A DNA stretch of 64,000 nucleotides from Trichoplax adhaerens (Eukaryota > Animalia > Placozoa): the NCBI RefSeq assembly GCF_000150275.1, contig NW_002060952.1, forward strand, positions 270,482 through 334,481, written 5' to 3'. Position numbers and translations under genes: made by a program. Below are positions 13,200-28,483 of the stretch, piece by piece; positions within the stretch are counted from its first letter, which is position 1, and the number at the start of each line of letters is the position of its first letter. The notes beneath the pieces are model-generated. The model was not told where the DNA came from, made no database searches, and worked only from the letters and a program-made list of their open reading frames with translations.

Positions 13200-14345
13200 C
13201 TCCAACTACTCATTCACGCAATGAAAGATGGTAAATTGCCAAGCTACAAGATTTCTATCGTTTACCTTAAAGAAATGATCAACAAATATTCATTACCAAT
13301 TTATGTTCTCCGAACTTCAAGGGTAAAGACTGCTGTTGCTATACTCGTTACTAATATTCAATGAATAAGTTATAATCTTTCCATCCAATAGACTACGATG
13401 TTATACAGGAGGAAAAAATCCAACTTGTGCGTTAAATAAATGATCGCTAAATGCTCATTACCAGTTTATACTTTCTAATCCTAAAGGGTAAAGATTGGTT
13501 TATATACTATCATAGATATCAATTGAAAGACTAGGATCTTTCTATCTAACATACTATGATGTTATAAAGCTATGTAATATAAAATTGAAACTTTAATGGA
13601 TGCGATACAATCTCTCTATGTAGAATACTACAGTTTTATAGCTAATATAAAACTTGAAACTCTAATGGATGAGCTGCAATCTATCCATGTAGAATACTAC
13701 AGTTTAATGGGCAATATAAAACTTGAAATCTTTCAATTGAAGAGCTGCAATTTTTCTATCCGGAATGCTATAGTGTTTTCAGGCAACGAAAAAATGGAAC
13801 TTGAAACTATAATGAATAAGCGATAATCATTCTGTTCGATATAATACAGTGTTATAAAGCAAGAAAAAATGGAACTTGAAATATACATGCTAATCTATCC
13901 ACTAACGTTCATTGGTGATAAATGCTCTCATCTTTGAGGGCAAAGAATGTTATATGTATTTGTATTAATTGTGATGCTAATGGCTGAGTTATAATATTTC
14001 CATCAAATGCTAAATTATCAATTAGCTTTCATGAGTAACGAAAGTTCTCTCATCTTTGAGGGCAAAAATATTATGTGTATTAGTTGATGATGTTAATGGA
14101 TGAGCTATGATCTTTCTATCAAATATACTACTGTGTTATAATGCACAAAAAACAAAACTTAAAACTTACTCGCTCAATCCATTTTATCAACTAACGCTCA
14201 TAGCCATGGATGCTCTCTCATCTTTAAGAGCAAAGGTTATTGTTTTACATATGATACCTGATGATATTCATTGATGAGCTAGAATCTTTCCGAAATACAT
14301 ACTGAATGGTTGTACTACAAGAAAAATTCTAACCTGAAACTTGTG
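13200..14345. repeat. Degenerate composite tandem repeats directly 3' of the first GPCR (~70-bp and ~120-190-bp units)
   Basis: aa(a/c)ttgaaa(c)t recurs at ~13581, 13651, 13720, 13798, 13873. ctctcatcttt(g/a)ag(g/a)gcaaa recurs at ~13925, 14047, 14215, with related aagggtaaaga at ~13319 and 13484. Confidence 0.75.
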
Positions 14346-17300
14346 CACTCTCTACCGTGAATAAACGTGTCATATAATCTTGTACATAGTTAAAAAATCT
14401 TCACTCTAAATGTCGACCGTATGATAGCAAATTAATTTCATTGTAATCATTTACCAATGTATAGAATAAGTATTTGATAGTATGATCATCGAGTCTCCGT
14501 AACTTTTGTACAGAAAGAGACCTAAAGGAAATTTTAACATATTCATGTTCTGCTTTAAAAAATTATTCTATACCACCATATCGTATTAACAATTTTATAA
14601 ATGGAAGAAAATAAATATAAAAAACTAAATCTAACATCATTGGAAGATTATTGGCTTTGTTTTTTTAATTAACATTTACCCTTTGGGTACCAATCGCTAC
14701 AATATCGATTAATCCTATTTTAATATCATATAGCATCGCGAACATAGTCAAGTCTAACGAGTTAAATTTCCATTTTATCGCGATAATATAGACTCCATCA
14801 CGATGTGGCTACAACTTTAATTAATTGATCGAATTTTTACTTTAGATACTGATAGTCATATCATGGCTACCTAGTATACAGATTTAAAAATAATTGAGGT
14901 CGATAGATTGGGAGGGTACCCAATCATACGCTTGATAGCAGTACTGATTTTAATTTGTCCTGGAGCTTCTCAATTTTTACCAATTTCTGTATGGGCATGA
15001 ATAGGTAAATTGCCAATTATGATAGACTGCGGTATCTTTCAAAATGGTGGATGCGATAACTATTCTATAACTCAATAAATCTATCGTCACATTATGACAT
15101 AGATTGATTACTGATATCTATTATTTCCTAGTAAAATAGATATTTCATGCACTTACCAATTTTCATCTAAGTCTAAATTGAATTGGTATAGGCATACCAA
15201 GAAACAGAAAATGTCTTGTTAAAAAGGAATTTTATTTCTGGCATCATTGTTCACTAAATTATCATAGTCTGAAATAATTTGTTCTATTAGAATTTTGGCT
15301 CAGTTAAACTTCACAGTCAATGACATCCTTTTAGCTACTTTCTGATTGTCAATATTACTTCTTATAAGAGTAATAATTTCAGCTAGACAGTAGATCCTAC
15401 CTTACTAGTACTAAATACCATGATTATTTTTTAAAATTGCCTTTAGACAACTTTGAGCAACGGCACAAAATCAAATAAACTCTGCATCCTAATGCATATT
15501 TATCCGCTATATTAGAAGAATATCATCGACTATGTACAGTTATACAGTACTTTAGGGAGAGGGCATTAATGGATGAGTAGCATTTATAGTGTATTTTCTC
15601 AATTTACTGATTTGAATCTATAAAATAAAGCTTAAATTCCTAAAAAATTTATCAATTCCTAGTGCTTGCCTAAGCATTAACCTTTATAGTAGATTAATAT
15701 ATTTGAGTTAGAGTTGTTTAAGGAAAATTTGATTGGCTGTAAATAGATTTAGTACGTGTTTTTTTATCTTTTAGGTAAGTAATATTTTTTCTTCGAAGTA
15801 CCTCTTAACGCAGCGATATTAGCTTAGCTCGAGACCGTAAAATATTGTATGTCCTGCCCTAAAATTTATTTACTAAGATATACGCTTTTTTTTATGGTAT
15901 GGTTGCCGCGAAAATTATTATATAAATTATAAGTTACTCTTTGCCATTCAAGACAAACAGAATCCATTTAAAAGAAATTCCTTAACACTTTATGCTCATT
16001 TATTGTCTTGTTTAGTCTAGAAGACGCTATCTGAATGATAAATTAATTTAGAATAATCATTTCTGGAGAAGCAAATAAATTAGAACAGCTGTAGAAATAG
16101 AAGAGCTAAATTTATTATCGAAAGAAGGAGTCATGAGAAGCTAGAAGAAGCTATTTACTTCCTGGTCACTGTAGCTTATCAATTTTTCTCCTTAATTAGT
16201 CAGGAAGTGCGCATTTATTAGGTTATTCTATTTTACTGATATAAAACTACTATCTATCGCAGTGCGTAACTTCGTAGCTAAGTTCAAATAGACAATGCTT
16301 CCTTTCTTCTAGGAAAAATTAACAATATTGTTCGCTTTTCCCTTTATTTTATCAATGATTAGTGTTTACGGCCAAAAGATATTCTTAACACAGAGCACAA
16401 ATTTACAGCTATCGTTGTCTAAGTAATCTTAAATAGACGTAATAAACACAAAAGCCGCCTAATTCTTAACTTAGTATTTTAAAGATGGCATCACAATCAA
16501 CGTAATGTGATCATCTAGATTCTAATCTTTCCTAAACCTTTCATCATCGTATTTGCAAAATTATTGCTATAAAGCGAATAAGAAAAGAGCACATGGTTAG
16601 CTGATTGTCGGATTCATACAAGGTGATATGGCGATATAGGTATAATTAAATCAGTTCAAATTTGAGAGATGCTTATTTAAAAGCAAATCATGATTAATTA
16701 ATGTACTGACGAATAAATATCTGCAATTGATAGTGAAAGTTCATAGAATAAAACGGAAGTAGAAGCGAATAGTAAAATAAACAAAATCGATCACTACCGG
16801 TAGGACCTATTGCGGTAGAAGTCTTCGTATAATTGATTGACCCTTGCCCAGCTTTGTATTTATAGATATATTGGCATGCATACGAGTAGACAACTAGTAA
16901 TAAATACAATTCAAATATCAATTGCAAATGATGATCATGTTTAACAGATTACTTCTGAATAATTGCTGTAATTCAATACATGCATCATCGACTATGCTCT
17001 TTCTGCTGTATTTCCAATAGGGTAGGATTTAAAATCATGCAGTTTTTCTGATATTGTATCATGACTATACACCCTATACTATACAATTATCTCTAATATT
17101 TTCTATGGTGACATTTTGCATGAAGTAATCTGCTTGGTAAGAATTTCAATCATCGAAAGAGAAGAAATTTAATATCAAGTCTGTTTTATTCAGACTAAAT
17201 TCCTTTTACAGAAATGCTTTATGGACAATACTTTGCTATTTCTATTGTCTATCCATAAATTTGAAACTCTAGAAATGTGAATATTAAAATACTTTTATTA

Positions 17301-20300
17301 CAATTACTTGAAATCTACTAACAGCAATATCTAACGTATAACTTACGAATAAAGCCTAAATAATTTATCATAGATAACAATTGCAAGCAAAAATTGTTTT
17401 ATTCGGAAATCACGAAAAACATTAATTAATTAATTATAGCGTATCATAGAACAAGAACGATTCTGAGTATGAAGCATTCATTATTGGGTTCCAATGCTAC
17501 TTAATAAAGTATTAGTTCTCTGTTATGATAATAATTTAAGCAGACTTGAACTATCCACACATATACTTATATACTAATCAATAGAGTGATTATGATGTAA
17601 ACTAGCAAAATACTTTACTTTTGTCAAGATGGAAGCTACTATTCATATTTGATTAATGACAATAAATCAATCAAGTTAGTACTACGTCATTGTATGGCCG
17701 GTATAACCAATTTGTTAGCTACCTCCAACTATTATTAATATTTAAACTAGTTACTATCATTTTATTATTCTAATATTGAGCTAAAGCTTGATTTACTGTA
17801 TAATAAAGCATTATTTGATTACACCGGTATACCATATACTAATTTTGGCTTCTATTTTGATGCTTATCAGCTAGTTATTTTAGCTTTTACAATCGCCCTT
17901 ATGTAAGTTAATTAAGATCATTAATCAAACTATTAAGATAGTGAGCAAAGTTTGAATCTGTATTGCGTAATCGTATCGAACTAATACGCAATAATCATGA
18001 ATAATAAGCCACAGTACGGCCCTAATCGAGGTTAGCTAATTTCGCCAATCATAACTATTTCAAATCAATTATTGTTTTATCATACTAATAACCATAGTAT
18101 GGCCCATAATACGTAATTTTACTAAATAACTCAAATATATTTCACATTAATTAACTTTGTAACATGACTCAAACAATACCGGGAGGGTAGTTAGTTTTTG
18201 GGCCTAATTATCATCAAATTTCAAGTTGATTACCATCAGCTTGTTGCATCAGTATCACCGTTTATCCGATATTTTATAGTGATTAGATTCAAGCTGATCT
18301 CAAGTCGCAAAATGACCATTATTATAGTGGTTTGGCTTAACTATTAATGTCCATTACTGATTTTTGCAACAGTTATTAGTATAGTCAATTTAACTAAAGG
18401 CCAGTTATAATTGGCATTTATTTCAAACTTCTTTGCAATTGGTAGATGAGTGAACGTGTGTATTAATTAAATCGTAGTTTGCCTCACTGAAACAAATTTG
18501 TTAGCCCCAACTCTCATCAATATTTACTTGATTACTATCATTTTATTATTATATGCTTATAACATCCATGCCATTGTTTAATCTATCTTCTTAATTTTAA
18601 TTATACTAACGTACAATATATTAATTAAGCCATACCAACGTAAATTTGGCAATTAGTTAAGTTAGTGCAATTAATAATAATGTTCGAATTAATCAATATT
18701 ATTCAGTCATCACATATTAGACTAGAGTATGAGTAATAGTGCGTGATTTTAGCTTACTGTTTAGTGCCTGCGAAGTTATATAATACTCTACATTGTACAC
18801 TCTACTAGGAGCTAGTTAGTTGCAGTAATCGCTGGCATTTAAATTGATTGCCAATGTCGGGATAATTCAAATCTAGAACTGCCAACCGAATTTTAAGAGA
18901 CTCAATACATGAAGACAAGCTATGTGTGCTTGCTGTTATATACGTAAATAGTTGTTATGGTTACAGTTACAGTTATCGTTGTCTAAAAATCTTCGGCAAA
19001 GCAATGCATGTATTAACAACTCACATTAATTCAGACGTTGTTATAAATCGAAATGATTCTAATTTTCTCCATCTTTGCAATCACATACTTACAAGATAAG
19101 GTGCGATTGAAATAAAGCTTTTCATATCGACAATTACATAAAATGTTTAAGTTAATATCAAATATGAATTACTCATAGGGTCCCTGCGATCTTGACGACC
19201 AGCAGCGCTCAAGAAACGAAATAAATCTCCTACACAGCTATCTTGGCCTTCTATATTCTTAATTTCGCGTAATTTTGCTACAACATAGAGGCCAACGAAA
19301 TCGAGTTTTATCCAACTCAATAGAGGACTGCTGTCGACTACTGAGCTCGTGACTTTTCTTTACAGCATCCGTAAGCAAATCTTACGCCACTGAAAATCTA
19401 TAGGTAAACTTGTTCGTCACTGAAGCTCTTAGCGAATGTTTTAGCAGTCTGGAAAAAAAAATAAAATACATAACAACAATTTTATTAACTGCTACTGCAT
19501 ATTGTTTATTAAAGTGTAATATCTTTTGCTTAATAAAACTTTCACTACAACACTTGCCTTACGAAGGACTCTCTTTCTTTTCTGCGCTCTGCTACTCAAT
19601 TTTACTAAACTAGCAGCTTCAGGATTCTATAGAATGGTGCAATGGAACAATAAATTAATCTCGAATTTGTAAATTATATTATTGTATGATGCAGCGACAT
19701 CATCGTAATTATGATCAGATAATGATAGCCGAATCGGAGGTGATTTTTTATTTGAAAGATTTTATCTACTGAGGGATACTAGAGTTGACAATTTGATCAT
19801 TTATACTTTAGAAAATCTGTAGAAAAAATGGATAAATTCCAGGTCAAACAATTTTTGATAAATTCATCATTGAACTCTGTAGCTGCTAATATGATAAATA
19901 TAGATCAGGCTGTGTAACTGAGTAAGAATTTTAAAATAAGGCAGTAGAGTATTTAGTACTTGAGTGAGCTGTGAAGCCTACTATACTGTATATCCTATGG
20001 ATGCAGTTATGATCATATATTTCTCATATAAATCGAGATTTGCAATACTAAAAAGAAAATCGACATTCAGTAGAAATTAAAGCAGAGTAAAAAGCCTATA
20101 TACAACTATATCTCTCTCGTATTTCTATCAGATAGCAAAATTACTTTTATTACTTTAGTAATACATATATGAACGATTTAATAAAAATCGCAAACTCGCA
20201 GAGTAGTCACTGTTGAATATCCATATAGAAGTTAACTCTGAATGCAAATTTCGCACAGACCTCATAGCGAAATCTCACGTTAAGGTGGCGGACAGAATAC

Positions 20301-22555
20301 GCAAAAGTTTTTTTCATGATAAGACAGCAACTAGAATTGAAACTTTATATACTGAAAGTTTTTAATATCCTACTACATACCTGTTTAACAGAATTAAGAT
20401 GCACAAGCCAGCAATTCAAGGAAATTGTCTCTTTCTCCTTGAACCTTCTTCGTTCATTTGTAATGCTACAATTTGGATTTACTTGTATAATGTGCTTACG
20501 ATTTGACTTCATTTACACTTGAATAGCGCTTCCATAAGATAATTTTCTTAACGGATTCTTTATATCATAGTCATTATAATCGTTCTGGACTCACTTACTG
20601 TCTAATCATTAATCTTGGAGTATTCATCAGATTAAGGTCATTACAATTGAATCGATAGTATATTGATCATAGAGAATTATTTCTTCAATTTAAGTCAATG
20701 TCCTAATCTTGACATAGGGAATTCTTCCAGATTAATAATCTTATAGAAAAGGAACAGAAGCAAACTCGAAGGTCCTACATACAAAGATGTCGTAATTCCA
20801 TCAATATACCAAGGATGCACTACGGAAAAAATCCATTTCCAAAGGCTACATGTTTATTTACTCTTTATTTTTACCTTTCACAAAGTAGTTATTAGGTGCC
20901 CTTAAAATGTCAATATTGTCAATATAGAGTGTAAATAGTCTAGGATATCAGTTTTAATTTTAAATTAAAAGTACCTTTCAACGCAAACATTACTAATTGC
21001 ATGAACTACTCGAAGAAAACTTGATTCCCTTCGAGTAGTCTATGCTAATTGATACAATTTTGTTGCTCTAATTTTAGAATTAGGCATGAAAGATACATCA
21101 TACCTTGAAAGAGTCGAATTATTCTAGGAGAACTGTAAAATCTATCTTTAATTATGTATCTAAAGTATTAAACATCAAGATATTGAAGTCTTACGCTAAA
21201 TCCTTTAGATATAAATTGTTTCAATACGGTAATTTAACTGATGGTATAATACTTTGTCATAAAATCACTTAATCTTCTAACTAAAAGTATTATTGCCCTT
21301 TCTACCTCTCATACTTAATGATAATTCTACGACTCATACTTGCGTAAATTTCTCCTCAATGAAAGCTAAAATTGTATCAAAGCAACTAAAAAATTCAAAA
21401 CAAGCATTTTTACTATGATGCCTATCTAATTAACTTGTAACAGAAGATCCATTCCTACGAACGATTTGCATTTCTAGCAGATGGACTAATGTAGCTCTGA
21501 TATTTATTCCGAGATATTGCATAAATCAATCTGACATATTAAATTAGGCTTTTACAAAGTCTTAAAGATCTGATTTGGACCGAATAAATATAAAAATTAA
21601 TAACAAGACAAGCTATCATCTCGCAGATAATTCTGATGATAGCTACTGTGAAACAGCATTATTTTTGTATTATCATTCAAACCCATTTACTTGTGGTTTG
21701 ATGTTAATTGAATACTCCTTACTTTAAAGTTTCGGTCTGGCAACCTACAGATATACAGTTATAGCTTTAGATTTGGTACATTACTATCTAGTTATTAATT
21801 TTTCTATCAGATACTTATATTTACTTTCAACTTTGAATAATATTATGCTATAAATTAAACTCATCAACTACAGTATTTTTATTATGGTTGAATAACATAA
21901 GCTTTAGCTTCATGGACTGTCTTATGATGGCTTAGATAGTCATTGACGGTTTGTAGAAGTTTTACTCTCTTTTTCATATCGGAGTATTTTCAATAACTGT
22001 AAGGAAAATTTTTGCTGTGTTATAATAGCCGATAAAGTTTTTGGCTATTTTGTGGTACTTCTACTTTCATTTTTTGATTTATTATAATATTTTTTGATAA
22101 TTGTAAATAAAAATTTTCAAATCATTTGCGTCATAGTCAATATGCGTAAAGCTTGACTGAATATTCTTTTTATAATTCTCGAGCAGTTATTGACTTTGTC
22201 TATAATTTCTCAGTTTCATTCACAATCGAATATACTACGATTTTATCTTATTCATGACCTGTATTGTTGTAATTGGACAATTATTATTACCCCTGAAAGC
22301 AGTTTTTTTATATTGCTAACAGTATCCTTGGTGTCTTCAAGCTTGACTGATTGCAAAATCTAGTGCATAAAATTTATAGAAGGAATTCCAGGATCATTTA
22401 TTTGTCGAGATTCTGGTATATTTTGCATCATGAATTATATTGTTTGCGCACTTTATGAATTTTGCTTAAGTTTTTTCCAAGAAGTTGAAGTAGTAAATAA
22501 TGTCATTAAAATCTATATGAATAATTTATGTGCTCTATTTAGCTATAAACAATTA

Positions 22556-22600
22556 CTTATCTATCTATATCTATCTATATACGTAGAGAGAGAGAGAGAT
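22556..22600. repeat. Simple repeats (CTAT)n and (GA)n
   Basis: ctatctatatctatctatat followed by agagagagagagag. Confidence 0.8.
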
Positions 22601-25600
22601 GTATATGACACTACGCAGATAAATATGTGCTCATAACGTATGGAAGATATGTGTTGAATTTACAGATGAGAGTGGAATGGTACCTTGATGCATAACTAGG
22701 CCAATAAAGTTATTTTCCGAGTATCTCAAGTTAGACGTGGTCACCATCTCGTGTAGATACGGACATCATAGTTATTAGCTTACAATCTATACCAACATTC
22801 GTGGATGTCTACTTTGTAAGGCTATGGTGGATAGAAAAAATCATTCTCATATTTCTTTTAAGGTATCGTTCATAGTGTAGTAAAAGGACTAAAAGTAGAG
22901 TCCTTTGTAGTTTTTAGTATGTAATTAGTATTATTTTTCTATAGACAATACCTAGAAAGTGATAGTGTCTTTAAGTTTTACCCTGCCAAATCATCATGTC
23001 GCCATCTTTTCTTCTTCATTATTTTACAAGGTATTATATAGATTACTATAGAAGTAGCCCTATAGAGCAAATGCCTAATCTAAAGAAAGGGCGTTTGATC
23101 GTCTATTCAAATTGTAAAGGAATTTGACTTAGTAGCAAAACCCTATTCTTAGAGAAAGGGGATTTATAACATGACGATAAAGTACTGTAATGTAGTCTAT
23201 ACTCGTACAGTTACAGTACAATCTGACGCTAAAACATCAACTGTCAATACTCGCGAATACTAAGCGATACTAATGTCAGAAAAGTAGTCGTAATAGTCAT
23301 ATAAATTTTTTGGATAAGCGATTACTGTGATCTTTATAAAAACCGAATTTTTCCGGATTTGTGTCCGATATAATTTTCCTGTTTTGGAACCGGTCGGGTT
23401 TATTTTTAATTTATGTCTGAATTATAATTTTTCTGTTTTAATTTTTGGATTTTTGTTCATGAAAAATATCGTAAGAGTTGATTTTTGAGATTTGGACTTT
23501 TTGTTATGAATTTGAAACTTTGGAATTTTATGACGTGACTTGAAGTCACATTAGGAGATTTGGTGAGGAAAATAGAAAATAAGATGGAAATTGGCAGAGG
23601 TTGTGTTGATTATTAGGTAGTTAGAATGTTGTTTTTATGACTAAATCTTGATGTTTAAAGGTTGATTTTTAGACTTTTATAGTGTATTAATGATAGAAAT
23701 TATGTTAGAAATGAAGTTTGATGTATTTTTATAGTTAGCTTGTTAGTTTTATAGTGTTTTGTAAGGGAATCGTAGGGTAAATTGTGTCTGAACTTTGAAT
23801 GATTTTTGTTTTCTAAAATGGTGCAAAGTAGTTTTCTAAAACGGATCTTAAGAGCGATTGGTTAGCAAATGTTTAGTTTTAAATACCTCAAACGGCTCTA
23901 CGAAGCCTATAAATGATAGTGCAATTAGAAAATTGAGAGAGAGAGTAGAAGAAGATTTTATTTGAAGAACTTGTTGAATTTAAAAGGCCTTCGGGGTCGA
24001 ATTGTCGTAAGTTAAAACGTTCTTCTTTTTGAAAGGTTGTTTGGTCGTTGACAGTTTTTAAGTCTGTCATTTATTTTAATAATACTTAAAGCTAAGTATT
24101 TGTAAGGTTGTTCGGTTTATACTTCTCTCCATTTTTGTTTTGAAATAAATTGTTGTTCGGTTATTTCCCCAAATTTTATTTGGTGTCAAAGTATTAGCGT
24201 TAAGTCGACCGGAGTGCAACGAATGTAGAATCAAAGTTTGTTAAAGTTTTGTAGCTTGATCTCTACATTTTCATTTCATTACAATAGGATGTATATGCTC
24301 GCTAGGTAATCAATCTGGTGTCAAAATTAAATGACTGGAATAATAAAATGAAAAATCAACAGATTACTAGTTAAATATATACTACAACTGCTTTCTGTAA
24401 TTGTTGAGATGACAAGATGAAGCGAGATACAAACTTTATATAATTGGAACACAATTTCTTTCTTTTCTGCTTATAAAAAATTAATTTATCAAGTTTTGAT
24501 TAGCCAAACTTATGAATAGCAATCATGAAACACTTAATAATGAAATAAATATATAATCTTATAAAAATGCTCTACAGATTGACGATGTATTATTCGATAA
24601 TCAATTAAACCTTTTCCTTATTCATAAGCATGGAAAGGAAGTGGTCTAGCTGAACGATAGTACTAAAGATCTGTTGTCTAACAATCATGATTGATTCTTA
24701 ATTTATATGTAAAGGAGAAAATTTAAACATGAAAGAATGATGGCGCCACTGATCTATAAGTACAATTGCAGGTCTATTAATTAAAATCGATCAGTTTAAT
24801 CGTTTATTTCTTACTGTGCACTTTTCCTACTACACTGGTCTATAAATTGAATTCTATTGACTTAACACTTGGCTAAAACATCTAGTATATAGTTTTGAAT
24901 TCTACAGTAGTCACTGATCGATGATTTTAACCAATCTTATATACTGTATAATATACAGTAATAATGTAACTCTTAAAAAATTAAAATGGTTGTAGATATG
25001 TCGTACATAATATTGAGTCAATTATTGACGTAAAAAATGATGTAGATATCGATTTATCTACGTAAACTATCCTATTTTCCTTTATTTATTTCTGTATACA
25101 ATTTTACAATATTAGCTATAGGTCTAAATGAATATAATTTTGATTATGATAATATTAATTAAAATAGCGATTCCTCCTGGAACTAGATTAAGTTATCAAG
25201 ATAAATTGTTACTGTTGCTACGGTTTGTGTTTATATTTGTTTATTCAATGGACACAGATGACTAAACCAGCATATTGAAGATCAATTTTTTGAATATGTA
25301 TAGTGGAAACATTTTATAACGTTGCAAATCATTTTCTATCATCATTTTCTATATGCCGATCTTCAACATCAATTAATAAAATTGGAACGATCGATCTTTT
25401 AATGTTAACATTCATTAGTAATCAAAAAATATGTAATGATTCCATCTTAAGTGAAGTTATAATATTTGATTGTCCCTACAGTTACTACAGAAAATGTTTT
25501 ACTTTCTCAGTAATCATACAATTGGACTGTGCTAATTGCTTTTACATTTCATTTACTACCTCAAATAATTAGCATTGGAAATAAGGAAGTAACTGATAGT

Positions 25601-28483
25601 AGTAATAGGTCAATTTCGACCCCTAATTTCCTTTATTAAACGATCATTATCATTATAAAATTGTTTTAGACAGCTTATAATCATTCGAGGGTAGATTCTG
25701 ACCGTATTATCTGTAGTAAGAAATGAAAGCATACGGAAATGTAAATAAGAATTGATTTGAGTACAGTATCTATTGACCTGAATTAATTGATGTAACTTTT
25801 TGAATTTTCATAATAACGCTACTAAATGTCATCCAATTGCATCATATTATCATGAATTGATGTTGCTTAATAATTAATTAAACTATAAGCCAAGGTGGTA
25901 TAAAAATTATATTTCTAGTACATGCTAACGACATGGAATATCATGGTATACCCATAATTTTTGCTTAATTTTTTACAATTTTGATAAGTTGACATTTCTC
26001 AGTTATAGCTAATTTATATTTATCATTGATCATACAGAGTAGGCCATTAGATGTTATATAACTATAATATACAGTAAGTATAAGACTACTTTTATAGTTA
26101 AGTATAATTATAAGGTGGAAATCCTGTCGATTGTTTTCATATAGACTAGCTGTGCATAATAATATAAAAGAAAGCCGTAGAATAAATTTAAGTCGTTGTC
26201 TGTTGCAGACAGTATTGACGAAAGTATGGAGGTCAAGGCTATCTACATAAGTACTATGGTAGATCAGATTAAAATCAGTTGATTAACTGATCGCTATTGA
26301 ATGCAATACTAATAACACTTGAAACGATCTATTGACAGGAAAAAATAGCGTAGAATTGAGAATGCTTATAAAGTTGAAGCCAAATCCAATTAGCCAGACA
26401 TGCTGAAGAAGTTGCAATTTTATTGACTTCAATCACTTTGATTATTTTATAAAAAGACTGATTATCTATACGGTAAACGACATATATATGTCAGTTCTTC
26501 GCTAGGAGTTATAGCACTATTAAACCATTTAATTATTATTGGATTCAAATAATTATAATCGTATTTGATCCTATTTCTAGTTATTTTGCTAATGTTAATC
26601 ATCTATCTACACATATGTCTATTTGCATAGTACTAGATTAGTTGCTATCCAACATAGACTAAATAGTTTTATATCGCCATTTATCATTGGAGAAAATAAA
26701 GCATGTTCTTTTATAGAACTAGAATAGGCAGGATAACCCTTGTAGAAATTCATGTATATTGATAACTTTCGCTTATTGTTTTAATAAAAACAAGAGCATA
26801 CGAGTCTAAATTGCATACACATAGCATTAATTAAGGAAAATTTCTGTCAATTACAACACCAACTTTTCTCTGACCAATTGAATAGATTTCATCGTGACAT
26901 ATTACGTCAATTTACCGGTAGAAACCAAATTTCCACGTTGACTCAAATAAATTCCGATTATACTCTTTTTCAATTAATGAAACAGCTACTCAACCACGTG
27001 ATAGATCAGTTCTTTGCTTGTTCATACAAAAAAAATCGGATGAATAGATAGATGATAGTAAGAGAAAGCAATAGAGTAAATTTTAATAACGGATTAGATA
27101 TTATACAGACGCTTACATGATGGACAATCAGTACTAACTTTAATCTTAATGACTAAGGTGATTGGTAGATATATTATGGATAAATAATCCTCTGCCTATC
27201 ACGATTGGTTACTTGCCTCATTTAAGAATAAAATTGGTTGATTCTAAATGATTAATTGTCTATGAGCCACTGCAATATCATCGTTAATTATTAGCAGCAA
27301 ACGGCAAGTATTGATCATGAAAATTTAGCGGTGGCTATGACTTTCACTTTTGGCTTTTTCTTATTCTTAAATTGATCACGATTTTCGTTCTATTAAATTT
27401 CTTTAACTTTTAGATTATTCATTTTCTTACGATAATCATAGAGTGCAGCTTCATCTGATCGTTTTCTTTCCTATTTCAGCATTTCCACTTTAAGTAGACT
27501 TTAGCATTGAATCAACATCAATGCAAAATAGCATTCTTAATTAGAAACTATCTATATGAGTTAATCGTTGTAATTGCGCAATTTATTCCTTTCTTTTGCT
27601 GCTCAGACCTTCCATTTTTATGTTAAAAAAGGCTACAAATACAATTTTTAATCTAATTCTTTCCTTCTATAGTCCTAACTTGAACAATATTCCCCGAAAA
27701 TCAATTAAAATTCTTGTATTTCTTACATTCCAATTGCTTCATACTTAGGTATCCATTTTAGATCGTTACGCGTTTAAACTGCAAAATAACCAATTTTGCA
27801 AAGGATACCACGCATTCCGGCTATTTTAAGCCAGCCATTTCTAAATCATAATTTTCCTTACTAAGTGCTTCTCAATACTGTACTATCTGTCATCATATTA
27901 GAATTATCCTGATTTTACGGCGGGTATATTCTGTACATATATATGTACATATACTTTTAAGAATTTGATTGTTTTAGTAACTTAGAAAGATATCCTTTTG
28001 TATGAGTCTTTCAACTTAATCATGTAAGTTATAGCTATCATTTTCCTATAAATCTATTTGATATATTACAGTTTATAGTATCATCTGTTATCATTGCAAT
28101 TTGATTCGACTAATTTATTTCCTTCTTTCGGTATTTTACAATTTTATAAGCTAACTATAAAATAATCTTTGCGGTGAATCCAAAATCAATTTTAAAATTA
28201 TTACTGTATAGACTTTCTCTATATTCTTTAACTTTCAAGTATTTATTTGTGTCTTTTTAATTGCTACTTCTTTTATTTTTCTCTCCTTTTCTCACGCTCA
28301 ACTAATCATTGAATTGATTATCAGTGGCGCTTATAAGAGTTGATCAATATGTTCCATATATGTCGATAGAGTAACAGTCAATAAGATAGAATTATTCGTC
28401 TTTGCAGATGATGCAGTCTCAGTTCATCGTATCGTTCAGTTAATATTTAGCCTTTGTCAAAGGTCATCGATATTGTTGCCTTC

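Noticed and set aside
21630-21662. CTGATGA-N10-GAAAC hammerhead-like spacing
   Set aside because: The intervening tagctactgt cannot close stem II and no stem I/III partners were found.
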